A stretch of DNA of 64,000 bases, taken from contig JBLDXI010000007.1 of assembly GCA_047495785.1 (NCBI GenBank), positions 3,162,001-3,226,000 on the forward strand, written 5' to 3'. The notes beneath the pieces were generated by a model that saw nothing but the letters and a program-made list of their open reading frames with translations, searched no databases and was not told the DNA's origin. Made by a program: the position numbers and the translations under genes. The DNA comes from Lepidodermella squamata. Lineage: Eukaryota > Animalia > Gastrotricha. The first letter of the stretch is position 1. The number at the start of each line of letters is the position of its first letter. This document shows, piece after piece, positions 24,146 to 36,329 of this stretch.

Positions 24146-24853
24146 CAGTGTTAAATTTGGAAATAAAGTGTTCGTCTTAACGTGTTACGTTCTCGTGCTT
24201 CGCACTTCTTGATTTGTGCTGCATCCATAATATAATCAATAATGATAAATAATAAAATGCGTTGCGCACTTATTGCGCTACACACACACACACTCATTCT
24301 GAGCTGCAGATTTAAAATGTGGGCTTCAATTAGGTTTCAATTAGGCGTGCAGAAATACTGTACTTCTACTGTATTTTCTATCCGAGATTCGAAAGAAAAT
24401 ACAAAAAAACAGCACTATTTAGCCTAAATCTGTAATAAAGCGAGTTCGCGATCAGTTTCGTATTCGTAGTAGGACGAAATTCAAAACGCATTCATCTTTA
24501 TTTCCAAACTACAATTTACGAGCACTAAAGGTAGAGCGTATAAGCCACTGATAATTAGATCCGATTATTTTTATATCATCTTCATTGAGAATAAGACTCA
24601 GACTCAATTTGAGGAAGTTCGAAGTTCTAATTTATGGGCAATTAATTGTTTGAACTAAACTGGATTAAGTATAAAATATGGCACACATTAACTTTCAGAG
24701 TTACAGTCACGATAAAATAAAAAGCAACAAGATTAGACATTCACTCAAACGCTATGACTTTACATTTTCAGCCTCATTTTCAGCTCCGCACTAATATTTG
24801 GTCATACGCCTTTGGATCCGGCATTCCGAGACTGCCAAGTTCGACGTTGGCAT

Positions 24854-25918
24854 TCAGAAAACAACAATGATCGCATATAGATTGATTGACAAGAAGCTGA
24901 CAACGCTAATTAAGAACGTGGCCATGTCAATCGCCCGTGCGCAGGTAACAGACGCCGAACGGACAGATATCACCCACCTCGTGTCATTCAAACGCGGATG
25001 GCGGCTGATCGCCGCAAACATAGCAGCCTCATACAGAACCAAGGCTGCTGTAAGACCGCAGAGGAACAAGATATACTCGGCCATGAGAACAGACTCAGAG
25101 GTTTCAGGTATCTGATCTAAAACACCAGATTGTGCGACAATTAAACTGAGAAGAATGGTCGCGGTGAAAACTGGTCTATCCGAACCATCTGGCTGGAATA
25201 AAAGGGAACCGAACACTAGAACCATCAAAATGAAACACGGAACTAAATTATTGACGATGTAAGGGTGCGGTCGTCGGGAAAAAGAGACTGTGAAGATTGA
25301 GAATCCTGACGTTGAATCGCGCCTTAGATCAGATGAGGTTATACCGTAGGTCGAAGAGGCTTTGTCCAATATCCACATCTCATTCTCGAAAGAGTCGCCA
25401 AATTCAAGGCGAGATCCCCCGAAACTCACAAATTTATCAGCTTCGTCTAGCTCGAACGTGAAATCGCATGTCTGCGAGTCGAACGGGAATTTTCGCAATT
25501 TCAACGAGCATTGCGATGTGATGACTCCGAATCGCATCCAGTGGAAAAACAGCGTTCGATTTGGAACTGTTGGATAGTAGGCAATGTGAATTCGTTCTCT
25601 CCACTTCAAAGCGTTCTCGAGATAGAGATCTGTAGTTGTGTTCGCGAATCTGAGACTTGGAAGCCATACTTGAGATCGTTCAGCTACGTAAACCCGATCG
25701 GCTTCGTTAACATTTGGAGCTGTGATTTCTTGTGGGCAGCTGTCAACCACCCACTGAACATTGATCAAAGTTCCAGCCGAAATCTCACGAGCCTTGGCGT
25801 TGATGTCGAATAATTTCTTGAATCGGAGGGTCATGAAGATCTTCGTTCCAACTGATGGAGCCCTTTGAAAAAATACTCCTATTAGTAGTTGTCCGACTTG
25901 GAGTGTCATTTGTAAACC
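24854..25918 (-). CDS. Cys-loop (pentameric) ligand-gated ion channel exon, copy 1
   Basis: WLPSL loop A, Cys-loop CSLKLRKFPFDSQTC (13-residue spacing), 'FSRRPHPYIVNNLVPC' pre-M1, four TM helices, short M3-M4 loop, no introns, no convincing signal peptide. Confidence 0.93.
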   Translation of the reverse strand, partial: GLQMTLQVGQLLIGVFFQRAPSVGTKIFMTLRFKKLFDINAKAREISAGTLINVQWVVDSCPQEITAPNVNEADRVYVAERSQVWLPSLRFANTTTDLYLENALKWRERIHIAYYPTVPNRTLFFHWMRFGVITSQCSLKLRKFPFDSQTCDFTFELDEADKFVSFGGSRLEFGDSFENEMWILDKASSTYGITSSDLRRDSTSGFSIFTVSFSRRPHPYIVNNLVPCFILMVLVFGSLLFQPDGSDRPVFTATILLSLIVAQSGVLDQIPETSESVLMAEYILFLCGLTAALVLYEAAMFAAISRHPRLNDTRWVISVRSASVTCARAIDMATFLISVVSFLSINLYAIIVVF

Positions 25919-25922
25919 CTAA

Positions 25923-25977
25923 ACCCTCATTAGAAACGGGCGCTCAATCTCAATCGGCGCCCATTTCTAACCGGGGT
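25923..25977. mobile_element. 55-bp palindromic Harbinger-like MITE (also 45876-45930)
   Basis: ACCC..TTAGAAACGGGCGC / GCGCCCATTTCTAA..GGGT flanked by TAA/TAA. Confidence 0.6.
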
Positions 25978-26139
25978 TAACAAATGTTCACTCCAAATAA
26001 GCAGTTTGAGACGATATAAAATGGATTTTAAGATGCAAAGTTTCAGTGGATAGCACCCAAGGAAATAGGCATTTATAATGAGGTGATCGTGGGATTTCAG
26101 TTATTAGAATTTTATCGATTTGTGGGTACTGAGTATTAC

Positions 26140-28661
26140 TCATGTCACCTCTCTACTTATGGTTGAAAACTCGCCATATTCATACTTATTCATTGTAGCT
26201 AGGTATTTGCAAGAATTGAGGTCTTGGATGTCAACAAGAGGGATAATGTTCCCGTCGATCAAATTTGGTATGTTGAATTCGGATGCATTCATCTTGAAGT
26301 CGTAAATCCGCATTGCCTGCGTAGTTGGCCGCCGCGTAGTTGAAGATGATGGCTGCAAGGACCACACATGCATATTCTTCACCGCAGCATCGGCGTTCAC
26401 ACCATCAACTCCATATATTTGGATCGTTGCGTTACCGCCGGATAATTGATCGGCACTCAACCCACTGATATTCACGTTGGAAAAGAGAACTTCAGCACTT
26501 GTGGCTACTCCGTCTGCTAATAGGGCTGTCGAAACCTGTTTAATGAGACATTTAGCCAATAAACACTGCGTAATCCGGACTTATCATACAGAAGCTGAAT
26601 CTCCAACGCTCTGGATGATAAGCCTGAAATCGGCGATTCCAGAACTGGTGTTTGAAGATTGCCTTTCCGCTCGATACACGAAGGTATCAACCATTGGACT
26701 GGATTCATATCGATAAGACAAAGGCACGGCTTGACTGTAAGGGTTGACCTTTGACTCATAGGAAAGGAAGGCTTTACCACCAGGTCCCATTTGCAGTGAC
26801 AGATGAAGACCATCATAATTAGTGAACGTTTGTTTCTTCCCAATCGAGTCGTATCCTTTTCCGAGTTAAAAATGAGAGCTATTATTTGTGAATACAAATT
26901 GATAACCTACCGACTACAGGTGGGGATTTTGCGATTCCAAAAACCAGGTATCCATATGAAGATGAGTTGTACCTTGATGTGATATCAATTTCGATGCGGA
27001 AACCCGTTGCCGCTATATTTCGATTCAGCGGTGTTTTGACGTCCACGTAGCCAAAGTCAATTGTTTGATAGCTGTTGAGTTGAACTCCAGCCGGTGTAAG
27101 GGCTGCTCCGGGTTGCAAGGCGAATGCAGCGGTAGCGTTTAGCGAAGCATTGATCACGTTAAATGAGTTCTGGCTGAGAAACATTGGATTACTTGTTGCC
27201 AAGTAAGGCAAACTCATCGACGCAACATCAGGATCAGGCACTAAGGATCCAGTGACTATTCTTGTGGTAGAAGATGTTCTCGTGGTAGACGATGTTGGCG
27301 GGCTAGTAGTTGATGTCGAGGTTTCAATCTTCGATGTTGTTGATGGTGTACTTGGGGTTGAAGCCGTTGTGGAGGTTGTACTAGGAGAACGAGTAGTAGT
27401 GGTCGTAGTCGCTGTTGAGGTTGAAGCCGTAGTCGTAATTGCTGACGTTGTGGCGGGAATGGTAGTTAGGGCTGTTGAAGCCGTTGCTGGGCTTGTATTC
27501 AATTTCCAAAATTTGAACGCTTTCACTGTGTAGTAGCCTAACAAGTTGAGAGGATAAAAATCGTTACAGTCAAGCAGCGTAGACAAATTATTACGAGGCT
27601 GGACTCTCAAGCCATTTCAATACTGCCGAAACGAATACAGTTTTAATTTAAAATTTCTCAAAACATCACGGCTTTTTAAACTTTAGAGCCTGCATCGCAA
27701 TTTGCGTCAGCTGAGAATCCAGAATGTTCACTGTAGGATTGATGTAGATTTTTATTGGTAGATTGGAGGTTTTTTAGGTTTTATTTGCTCGTTTTTTATT
27801 GGAAGCTAGAACATAGTGAAAACGCACCGGAATTACCGCACCAAGCTTGCCATCTAATCGCCCCGCTGCCACCACCGACATTTGATCCAGCACCTGTCAC
27901 TACTACATCACTAAAGCAGACTGAGGTTTCTTTCGTCCCGTTCGCCGGCAGCTCAGCAATGGCAACAGTTACTTTATCGCCGTAGACCTGAATGAACATT
28001 CGGTAACTGTGCGATCCGCTCGCCGAATTAAACAAGGTTGAGCTTCCGCAAGCGGATTGAGAGATCTGGTTCGGCGAAAATGGAATCGTTCCAACTCCAG
28101 CGTTAGTAACAGACACGGAAACCCGGCCGTTACTACCAAGTTCTTGCCAAACAGATAGCCCCGTTAAACCGGTACCGGTCATACTTGAATCGCAATTAAC
28201 TGATTCGAATTTCTATCATTAAAACTAGCTCACAATGGAAACTATGACCTACTAGTAGTTTGGCCGTAACTTGTCGAAGAAAACGTGATTCCGTAGTAAC
28301 CGAGACCTGTATAAACAGCATCGATGTCGATCTCTGCTCGGAAATCGTTGTCACCAGTTGGAAAGTAGGCATTTGAATACAGGCGCCCTATTTTAGTCGA
28401 ACCACCATTCATCTGGATTCCTGCTGAAGTTTGGCCAACAGCCGTAAATTGGCTGAAAAAGCTTGGTGATACAGTGGCCCCGTTGAAAGACACCGATGCC
28501 CGATATGTTGGCGTTCCGCCGTATAAATACGGCAGTGGTAGCGAAGCAGTGTCGGGATCTTGCGCCAAAGCTTCAAAAAAACCACACAATGCCTTGGCCT
28601 AACATGCAGCTCACGCATTACCTTGAACAATCAGGAACAAAATGACCTTCATAGCCTCCAT
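26140..28661 (-). CDS. Six exons: signal peptide, beta-rich repeat 1, Thr/Ser mucin stalk, beta-rich repeat 2; probable N-terminal extension of the channel, copy 1
   Basis: MEAMKVILFLIVQ|ALA-QDPD signal peptide; repeats DPDTASLPLPYL..FRAEIDI..YRMFIQVYGD and DPDVASMSLPYL..FRIEIDI..FRLIIQSVGD; all introns phase-compatible GT-AG. Confidence 0.82.
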
Positions 28662-29249
28662 TTTGTCCATGCGAATCGTGCGAGCAAACTCCCCAAATGA
28701 AAACCTCTCACAATTGTGGGCGAGCCCTGAAGCCATCCTCATGAATTATGCACTTGCCTGCAAACATTGAGAGCGTTACTCGGCGAGTAACCACTTAGCA
28801 TTCATTAAGCGTTGAAAGAATAAAAACCGAACATGCAATAGTCGGGTGGAATGCTTCTGTAAAATGCCGCTCGTTCTCTGTTAGGCGCTATCCTGGCGAA
28901 CACGCCATCGATGTTTTTGAACTAAAATGCGCAGAACCTGACGCGCCGTGGGGGTGTTTTCCATTGACATCCTCTGTAAGAGCTAATCCTCTGTCCTGAA
29001 AAAATGGACCTCCTAATGGGTGTATTCTTTTATTCCCCACCTCGCCCGAGGTCGCCCGCCGGATTTCACGGGAAAACAATAAACAAACCGGGCTGGGCGG
29101 GCAATGAACACATTTTTTTATTCGCCCGTCTTTTTGTGGCGCTGTAGTGCATTCAGCAATACACGAGCATCTTATGCTGTAAATTTCATTGATATCAAGT
29201 ATGCTTTTTTATCGAACAGTCCTTCGTCTGATAGCAACCCAGTCGAATA

Positions 29250-30004
29250 CCGTATTTCTCGAAAATTTACCGCGGGCTATATTTATGAACAAATGATTTT
29301 TGATTCGGGTTGTATTAGGGAGTGGGGATATATACGGGTGTGCTGTTTAATTGCGAATCATCACAAAAAGCCGCGAGCAATTCGTATTAAGACGACGTTT
29401 TTAGATTGTTTTATTTGTCGATTCAGTGAAAAGGAGACGATGACGCTTTTCCATGCCAGCGAACTGTAGAATCAGCAGCTGTTGGTGATGTTGTAGCCAT
29501 TCCTTGACGCATCGACGATCGACCTTGAAGACTCTCGAGGCATCGTTTGCTGAGATTGCTTTTGCATGATCAGCCACGCGAATTTTGTATGCGAGGGAAT
29601 ACTTGCGGTGCCGCTTTCGCTTGTCTTCTTCGGACACCTGGACGGAATCTTGAAGACGATCAGGAGAGCCAGCCATCATCGATTCCAGAAGGTTAAAACG
29701 ATTAAGAAGGATATGAAAATGTTAAAATAAAACTCTGTGTCTCAGCTAGTGAATTTTCTGCTGGCTTATGAATGGTGCCAAGATCAGACGTTGCGAAGCT
29801 GCTTACGCGATAGCTAATCACTGATTACGATAATGCGTCATTAATAAGGCTTTTCTTTTGTTCCAACGCATGCTTCGCCCAAATTAAAATAGCTGTGGTA
29901 CAATTTCGAGGCCTGGGTTAAATATGAACAAACGATTTTTTCGTCGGGTTGTATTAGGGAGCGGGGATATATACAGGTGTGTCGTATATTTTCGAGAAAT
30001 ACGG
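29250..30004 (-). mobile_element. pogo-family deletion derivative retaining Brinker-type DNA-binding domain
   Basis: TIR CCGTATTTCTCGAAAAT / ATTTTCGAGAAATACGG, TA flanks; ORF 29401-29679 'RKYSLAYKIRVADHA..ASRVFKVDRRCVKEW'; no DDD domain. Confidence 0.88.
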
Positions 30005-30369
30005 TAGTTTGTTCTAAGTTGATTTTCAAGGCGGAATTTCGGATTTCGATGATACTAGAATACATAATTCTGCTGATTTTACTGCGATTATAGTGAGATA
30101 AAAGATGATCAAACTTTGGCTCTGTTTGGATCTTGAATAGCGCTTTCCATTTATCATCCTCAGATAACGATCAGCGCGTTTTCGTACCCACGGAAAATTC
30201 GAAATATTAATTCATCGCAAATTTAAACTCGGTATCCGGTGATCGCCAAGCCATCACAACTAGGTAGTTTTGATGATTCATCGCGTGTTCAAATTTCAAA
30301 CTTAGTCATCGCGCTATTGTCGTATGATTTTTTGTCAATTTTTCGCTGTGAAATCACATGTCCATTAAC

Positions 30370-30878
30370 TTTTTGCTTCATCGCCCGGCGTCGCCCGGTC
30401 TCAAAAGGCCGGGCGTTACGAGCTGGCCGAGAAGTGCGGGAGATATAATTGCTGAATGCTCTGCGGACGACACGTGCGAATCGGGCTGTGCGGGCAGAAT
30501 AAAAAAATGTACATGGGTAGTGCCCGGCTTTTTTGCGTTCGCACTAGTGGATCTACTGTATTTATTTGTCTATGATTATATATCGCGGTGTGGCCGACAG
30601 AACGACTTGACTGAACTAGAAACAAATGGCATACAACTATAATTTGCATCTCCGCTAAGTCAGTCGCGAGCCGGAAAACTGAGCGCCAGCTTTTTCTGTG
30701 AATCGAATGCCATACGCGTTTTGTTTCTGTTTTAGTCAAGTCGTTCTGTCGCCCACACCGCGATTTATTAGTGACTGCGCGCCTATGACGCATATGCGAG
30801 TGTGCGCGACCACGCGTATTGGCGAATGACTTCATATATTTATTTATAAAACGCCCTCAGCGTCAGGCGGCGGGCTAG
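30370..30878. mobile_element. Helitron-like non-autonomous element
   Basis: 3' hairpin CGCC-N10-GGCG then CTAG|T at ~30875-30879; CCCGGCGTCGCCCGG hairpin near 30384; internal ~40-bp inverted repeat. Confidence 0.45.
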
Positions 30879-31870
30879 TTTGAGCAGCGTTGTGCGGGAT
30901 AATTTTATCGGGGATATCACTGATGGAGGTTGAGAGGATCGCTATTTTCCCTGTCCCAATTATTATTTCATTAGTCCATTCTTATTATTCTTGCGAGCGC
31001 TCGTGACAGCAATATCACGTGACGTATATCATTATAACTCATCTAATTTGGCGTCTTCTTGGCTATAGTCTAATCGCTGCTGCTAGTTTTCCCCGAACCA
31101 GGTCAGGGATATCAACCCTTCACTGGCGCCGAGACCGGTCGATCACTATTAATCGTTGCCCCCTTATAGGTAAGTTAAAGAGAAAACAGTGGTAAGCTGT
31201 TACTGACAGTTGAAGGAAGTTCCAGTTGCTAAGTATTTGTGACTGAGGGCAATTCCAGTCGATTTTTTTCCGATTTTGCTCATTGAGCTCAAAAAAATAT
31301 TATCAATCGTGAGGACTCTGATACTGATGATGAGCACATTTCTAATAGCGAGTTGAAACTTCATGATAAAGTACAAAAATTCAATCCAGGGGCGTAACCA
31401 GCCTTTCACGGTTGGTGGGGCCTGGCTCATATTTTCAGGGATCAAGGAGCAAGGATCAAGAGGTCAAGGAGCTATGGCATTCAATCAGTCATCAATTCAA
31501 TTCGTCCTTTGTCAGTTTGTTAGACACGCACATTAAAGTTCAATTGTATCATTGTTGTTATTCAACCGAGAAACCGACGCTTGAACTTGTTGACCGCGAC
31601 ACCATTAACATTATCCATTCATACTGAAGTATAAATACCTACAAAAGGATAAAATAAATTGAGTCAGATACATTTCAGTCGTCTCTTCAACATCACCAGG
31701 AAACTCATCCCTTAATTACTCATCTATGAGAGCGAAGCGAGCTTCAACCACCGGTATTTCTCAACAATTCGAGCTGAAAATAGTGTAAAAATGATTCTAA
31801 ATGGCAGGCCTGTCTATAAATTTGTTTTAAAAGTTAAAAGTGATACTTTTTTCCTGCGACTTCGATACTC

Positions 31871-33800
31871 GTGGCGGTTGTTACTCCTTTACACAAAAGC
31901 GGCCCTTTTAACGAAGTCAGCTACCGGCCTGTATCGATCCTCTCACCGATTCTTCGAACCTTTGAAAGGGTCATTGTCGAACAGATCAAGTCTCATCTAC
32001 AGATAACACGCTTCTTTTCGCCCAGTCAGTTTGGATTCAGGCGATATCACTCATGCGACACCTGCCTGCTCAAAATTACGGAAGACTGGCGCCTGGCACA
32101 GGAGAAATATATGAAAGTCGCAGCCGTATCAATTGATCTGTCAAAAGCATTTGACACGCTACCCCGTTGGGAGTCGAAGCTTCTTTGACAAACGCTGGTT
32201 TTGATGATCACGTGAAGCTAATGGGAAGTTTTCTTTCTGAAAGATATCAAATCACAAAATTGAATGGCTCTATTTCGTCCAGCAACAGAATAGCGTATGG
32301 TGTCCCTCAAGGTAGCGTCATTGGCCCGCTTTTGTTTACCATCTACGTGAACGACATCGCCGCGGTTGCACTGCACTCAGCGATCATTCTATACGTGGAT
32401 GATACGACCATCTACTGTGCCGACCGCGATCTATCAGTCGCCCTAAACAAGTTACAAGCTAATATCGATAAGGTCAGTAAATGGCTGGGCAACAACAGCC
32501 TGATGGTTAATGCAAAGAAGTCTCAGCTTCAGTGTTGGGGATTTGATTTTTCAGATTTTAATTTTCACGATTTTAGACCTTTTTTAGTTGTGATTTGATT
32601 TCAGGATTTGATTTGAAAGAATAGCGATTTGATTAGCGCAAAAAATATTGATTTTAGGGATTTCAAAATCAATTGCGGCAATAAACATCGTGGGAAAACG
32701 TCGTAGGAAATGCGCAAAATGCCGGAATGATCATTTGGTTTAAACCCATCCTGGACAAAAAACGTCTTTTTTGACATCATAGGAAACCCAATTTCAAGTA
32801 ATAAACTTCTTGGACATGTTTTCCCTCGCGTTTTTTTGTGGTTTAATCTAGCATACATGATTTCCAGAGATTTCAACGATTTTGGGATTCTCAATGAGAT
32901 TTGATTTTGGGAAAAGGAAATGATTTTAGAGGGAGCGAGATTTGATTTTGATTTTGATTTCAAATCAAATCCCCAACACTGCTCAGCTTATGATACTCGG
33001 CGAAGAAGTCGTGACAGGTCTCAAGATCTCAACGAAGCGGTGCTATTACCTTGCTATTACCAGCTGAAAAAATGGAAATTCTCGGATTTGTTCTTGACTG
33101 AAAGCTTCTCTTCAAAGAGCAAATTAATGCGATTAGAAATCGAGCGCGTCGCGGCTTGTATGCACTGAAACTGGCCTCCAAATACATGGATAGAAATACT
33201 CTGAAAATGATGGCGAACGGCAATGAGTTACCTAGGATACGCTGACAATGTCATGGCTCAATCAGCTGACACGAACTTGAAACCACTGAAAACGATACAA
33301 GATCGATCAATCAGGATTATCATGAAAGCTCCGAAACACGCAGACGTCGAACCGCTGCGCAAGAAGTTACGATGGCTCCCGATGCCCCAAAAGCGCAACG
33401 TACACCTATCAACTTTGGTCTGGCGGTGCGTGAACGGTGAGGCTCCCGAATATCTGTGCGAAATGTTCGTCCGGAAAGAATTTGACCCAGACCAACCAAT
33501 GACGCGAAGCGTGTTCAACAACACCCTCGTCGTTCCATGCCTACGATCTAAGCATGGGCAGAAAACACTGGCATACCGAGGCGCAGTGCTCTTCAACAAC
33601 CTGTCGTGGGAAACACAGAACGCTAAAACGGCCAACAGCTGCCGACAACTAACATACAATGAACTGCTTGATGCGCCTATGTGTTTTTCGAACAAAGTTT
33701 AACGACCTCTGAAACGGCTCCGAATGACTATGGCTCTCTGCACGAAAACTAGCGGCTGCACTTTTTTTTCTCTTGTAGAGCTTCCAAACCTGGATATCAC
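31871..33800 (+). mobile_element. 5'-truncated LINE (L2/CR1-group) reverse transcriptase pseudogene
   Basis: YRPVSIL, QFGFR, DLSKAFD, GVPQGSVIGPLLF, YVDD, C-terminal 'APEYL..YRGAVLFNNL'; frameshifts; interrupted by hAT MITE. Confidence 0.92.
32530..32981. mobile_element. hAT MITE inserted in the LINE
   Basis: TIR CAGTGTTGGGGATTTGATTT / AAATCAAATCCCCAACACTG; perfect 8-bp TSD CTCAGCTT. Confidence 0.95.
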
Positions 33801-33804
33801 CATT

Positions 33805-34374
33805 ATAGTCCGGATATGCAGGATCAAAGTCCAACTTATTAATAGAAACAAGTTCGTGATTCCGTCATTTCGTCGTCATCGTTAATCTTTAAAAAAAGTA
33901 AAATATAAAAAAACTAGCCCAATGGAGTCGGGCTCGAACTATGGATCTTCTGAGATAGCGCATCACCGCTAACCACTACGCTACCATGTTCGGTTGAGAA
34001 TAAGAGCTGTGAATTGATGGGAATTCGTAATATCTCACCAATTATTTGATTTAAGTTAAATGATAGAGGGTGACTATGCACATGCAAGTTTATCAATGAC
34101 TTATTGTAACTTATTATTCTAACTTGGGTATAAATAGTTGGTGAGATATTACGAATTCCCATCAATTCACAGCTCTTATTCTCAACCGAACATGGTAGCG
34201 TAGTGGTTAGCGGTGATGCGCTATCTCAGAAGATCCATAGTTCGAGCCCGACTCCATTGGGCTAGTTTTTTTATATTTTACTTTTTTTAAAGATTAACGA
34301 TGACGACGAAATGACGGAATCACGAACTTGTTTCTATTAATAAGTTGGACTTTGATCCTGCATATCCGGACTAT
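33805..34374. repeat. Foldback element, 237-bp arms, each with a tRNA-like cassette
   Basis: 33805-34041 is the reverse complement of 34138-34374; 96-nt spacer is itself weakly symmetric. Confidence 0.93.
34191..34272 (+). ncRNA. tRNA-derived Pol III-type cassette (not a canonical tRNA); mirror copy ~33907-33988 on minus strand
   Basis: A box TAGCGTAGTGG, B box AGTTCGAGCC, T7 run immediately downstream; cloverleaf stems do not pair. Confidence 0.55.
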
Positions 34375-35640
34375 CCGTGACGGTCTTTAAATACTTAAAT
34401 AAAGAAGTAAATAAACTTCCGCGGCCCTATTCCAAGTCACCCGCGATTCCGCAAATATAATCTCTTAAATCTGAAACTGGAATTTGCTGTATAAAAAAAG
34501 AGTAACTATAAATGAAAAAGTCCACTATTTTGTAACGACAAATGTCACGTTACAATGTTACGTTTCAAAAGGTCGGATTTTCCCACGCAGCGGCTTTATT
34601 GGTAACGCTTTCTTTTTCTCTCACTCTCGGTTTCGCGCCAAACAGCCGTTGAGTTTAAACGCACTTAGGCGTTTGATCACAACAGCTAAGCTGGACGTGA
34701 CACCAAAAGAGGGAGAAAACATCAGAATTTTCAGAAATAAGAGAAATTAGAGATCACAAATGATGATAGATAAGGCGATGGGAGCGATGAGAGATAGCAA
34801 CAATATATCTTCATATATATCTTCAAATACTGCAACACGAGCTTAATAGATGCGAAATAGACAGCGGAAATGACAAGAGACGAGGCATTCGCGATTGATG
34901 ACATTGAAAACAGAAATCACAGCATCTCACAGATAAGTACAGATAAGTGCACATATATGTAGATCCATTTTGCATTTAGCCTCGCTTGCGAAACCCGACT
35001 TCAGGCAATCGCGGGTCAAACCAAACACCGAGCGGTCAGGCGGCTCCAATCAACAGCTTCTGTTCAAATTAAGAAAACAAAAAAGTTTGAGCGCATTTAG
35101 CAATGACTCAAATATTACCTCCAATCGAGATCAGCCAAGATCTCAGGATCCGATCAGCATCTGACCAGAAAAATCCATAGAAATCGTCGATGTGAATAAT
35201 ATTGCCTACTTACATTGATCTTGCAAAACAAGGCAGCGTTGGTAGGAAGTACCGGTTGACAATTGTAACCGATTCTGAGCCTTGCTCCGCAGGGGTTGAA
35301 AAACAATGACATGGGAATTGTAATAAGAATGCTACTCATACCTCGCATATCACCTCGATTGCATTCTATATCATTATTGGAGGTAACGTAGATATTTCTG
35401 TTCAAGGAGAATCATCTGCTCCTAAGCAAAAAAATAAACATTGAATATGGCATAGATAGAATAGAACAATAGAATATGGAACATTGAAGATTCAAGATTA
35501 GTTTGAAGATATACACTTTCGAGTCTATGTTTGTCAAACAGGATAGAAATCCCACAAAAAATGCGCTCTGCTCATGAAGTTGTAAAGCGTAGAACTAAGT
35601 ATTAGTGTTCGTTTCATTCACAAAAACCATTCCACACAAC

Positions 35641-36030
35641 CATAGAGAAAAAATGACCAGAGAAAGCACTCAAGCTAAAATTTCTAAATCCTCATTTTAA
35701 TTCAAAGTTGACTTTCTCTACCAAATTTTGCATGCCTATAGAACGCGAGCTGCTCTTTCACGTGGTATAAGATTTGAGGTGGGCAACACAACCGTTGTTT
35801 CGATACAAAAACCTCGTTTTCACTATTTTTTCATTTATTTTGATGAGATCAAGACTGAGCAGCAATTGCCCACCTCAAATCTTATACCACGTGAAAGAGC
35901 AGCTCGCGTTCTATAGGCATGCAAAATTTGGTAGAAAACGGAGATGATATCCGTTTTGAGAACGCACTTCTATAATAATGGAGATCAATATTCTAGCTTG
36001 AGTGCTTACTCTGGTCATTTTTTCTCTATG
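35641..36030. mobile_element. P-element-like (CATAGAG) foldback MITE
   Basis: TIR CATAGAGAAAAAATGACCAGAG; 8-bp TSD CACACAAC; inner perfect 70-bp arms 35717-35786 / 35866-35935. Confidence 0.88.
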
Positions 36031-36329
36031 CACACAACATGAGATCCCGTAACACCGACTTGCAAGAAATATCGCCGACTGCAACAAATTTTCATTTCGG
36101 TGACGGAAAGTACTAACATTGCTGCAGGGATACGCTAATATTTTACGTAACGTGGCAATTTTACGTTTCTTTTGAAAGATGTAACGTATCTTCGGCTCCG
36201 AAAGGGTTAATTTTACGTTATTTTGAAAGGGCACTGATCTGCGACATGAAGGGCAAGTCACACTTACTTTTAGTCTCGGCACAAAAAGCTGAGAGACATC
36301 TTTATTATCGCTAGCACGGTCTTAAAGGA

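Larger units (their letters stand above)
24360..29047. repeat. Segmental duplication copy 1 (direct copy 2 at ~44158-50150)
   Basis: Colinear high similarity across exons, introns and flanks. Confidence 0.93.

Noticed and set aside
25914-25927. AAACCCTAAACCCT as telomeric repeat
   Set aside because: Only two units, produced by the MITE end, its TSD and the exon start.
26517-26897. 126-aa ORF as a real exon frame
   Set aside because: Alternative frame; the frame homologous to repeat 1 (MGPGG..FRLIIQSVGD) has phase-compatible splice sites.
27252-27533. Val-rich plus-strand ORF (also 47214-47534)
   Set aside because: Antisense shadow of the Thr-rich mucin exon.
36170-36210. piggyBac-like end GGG-TTAA
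   Set aside because: No matching left terminus found, so no element could be delimited.
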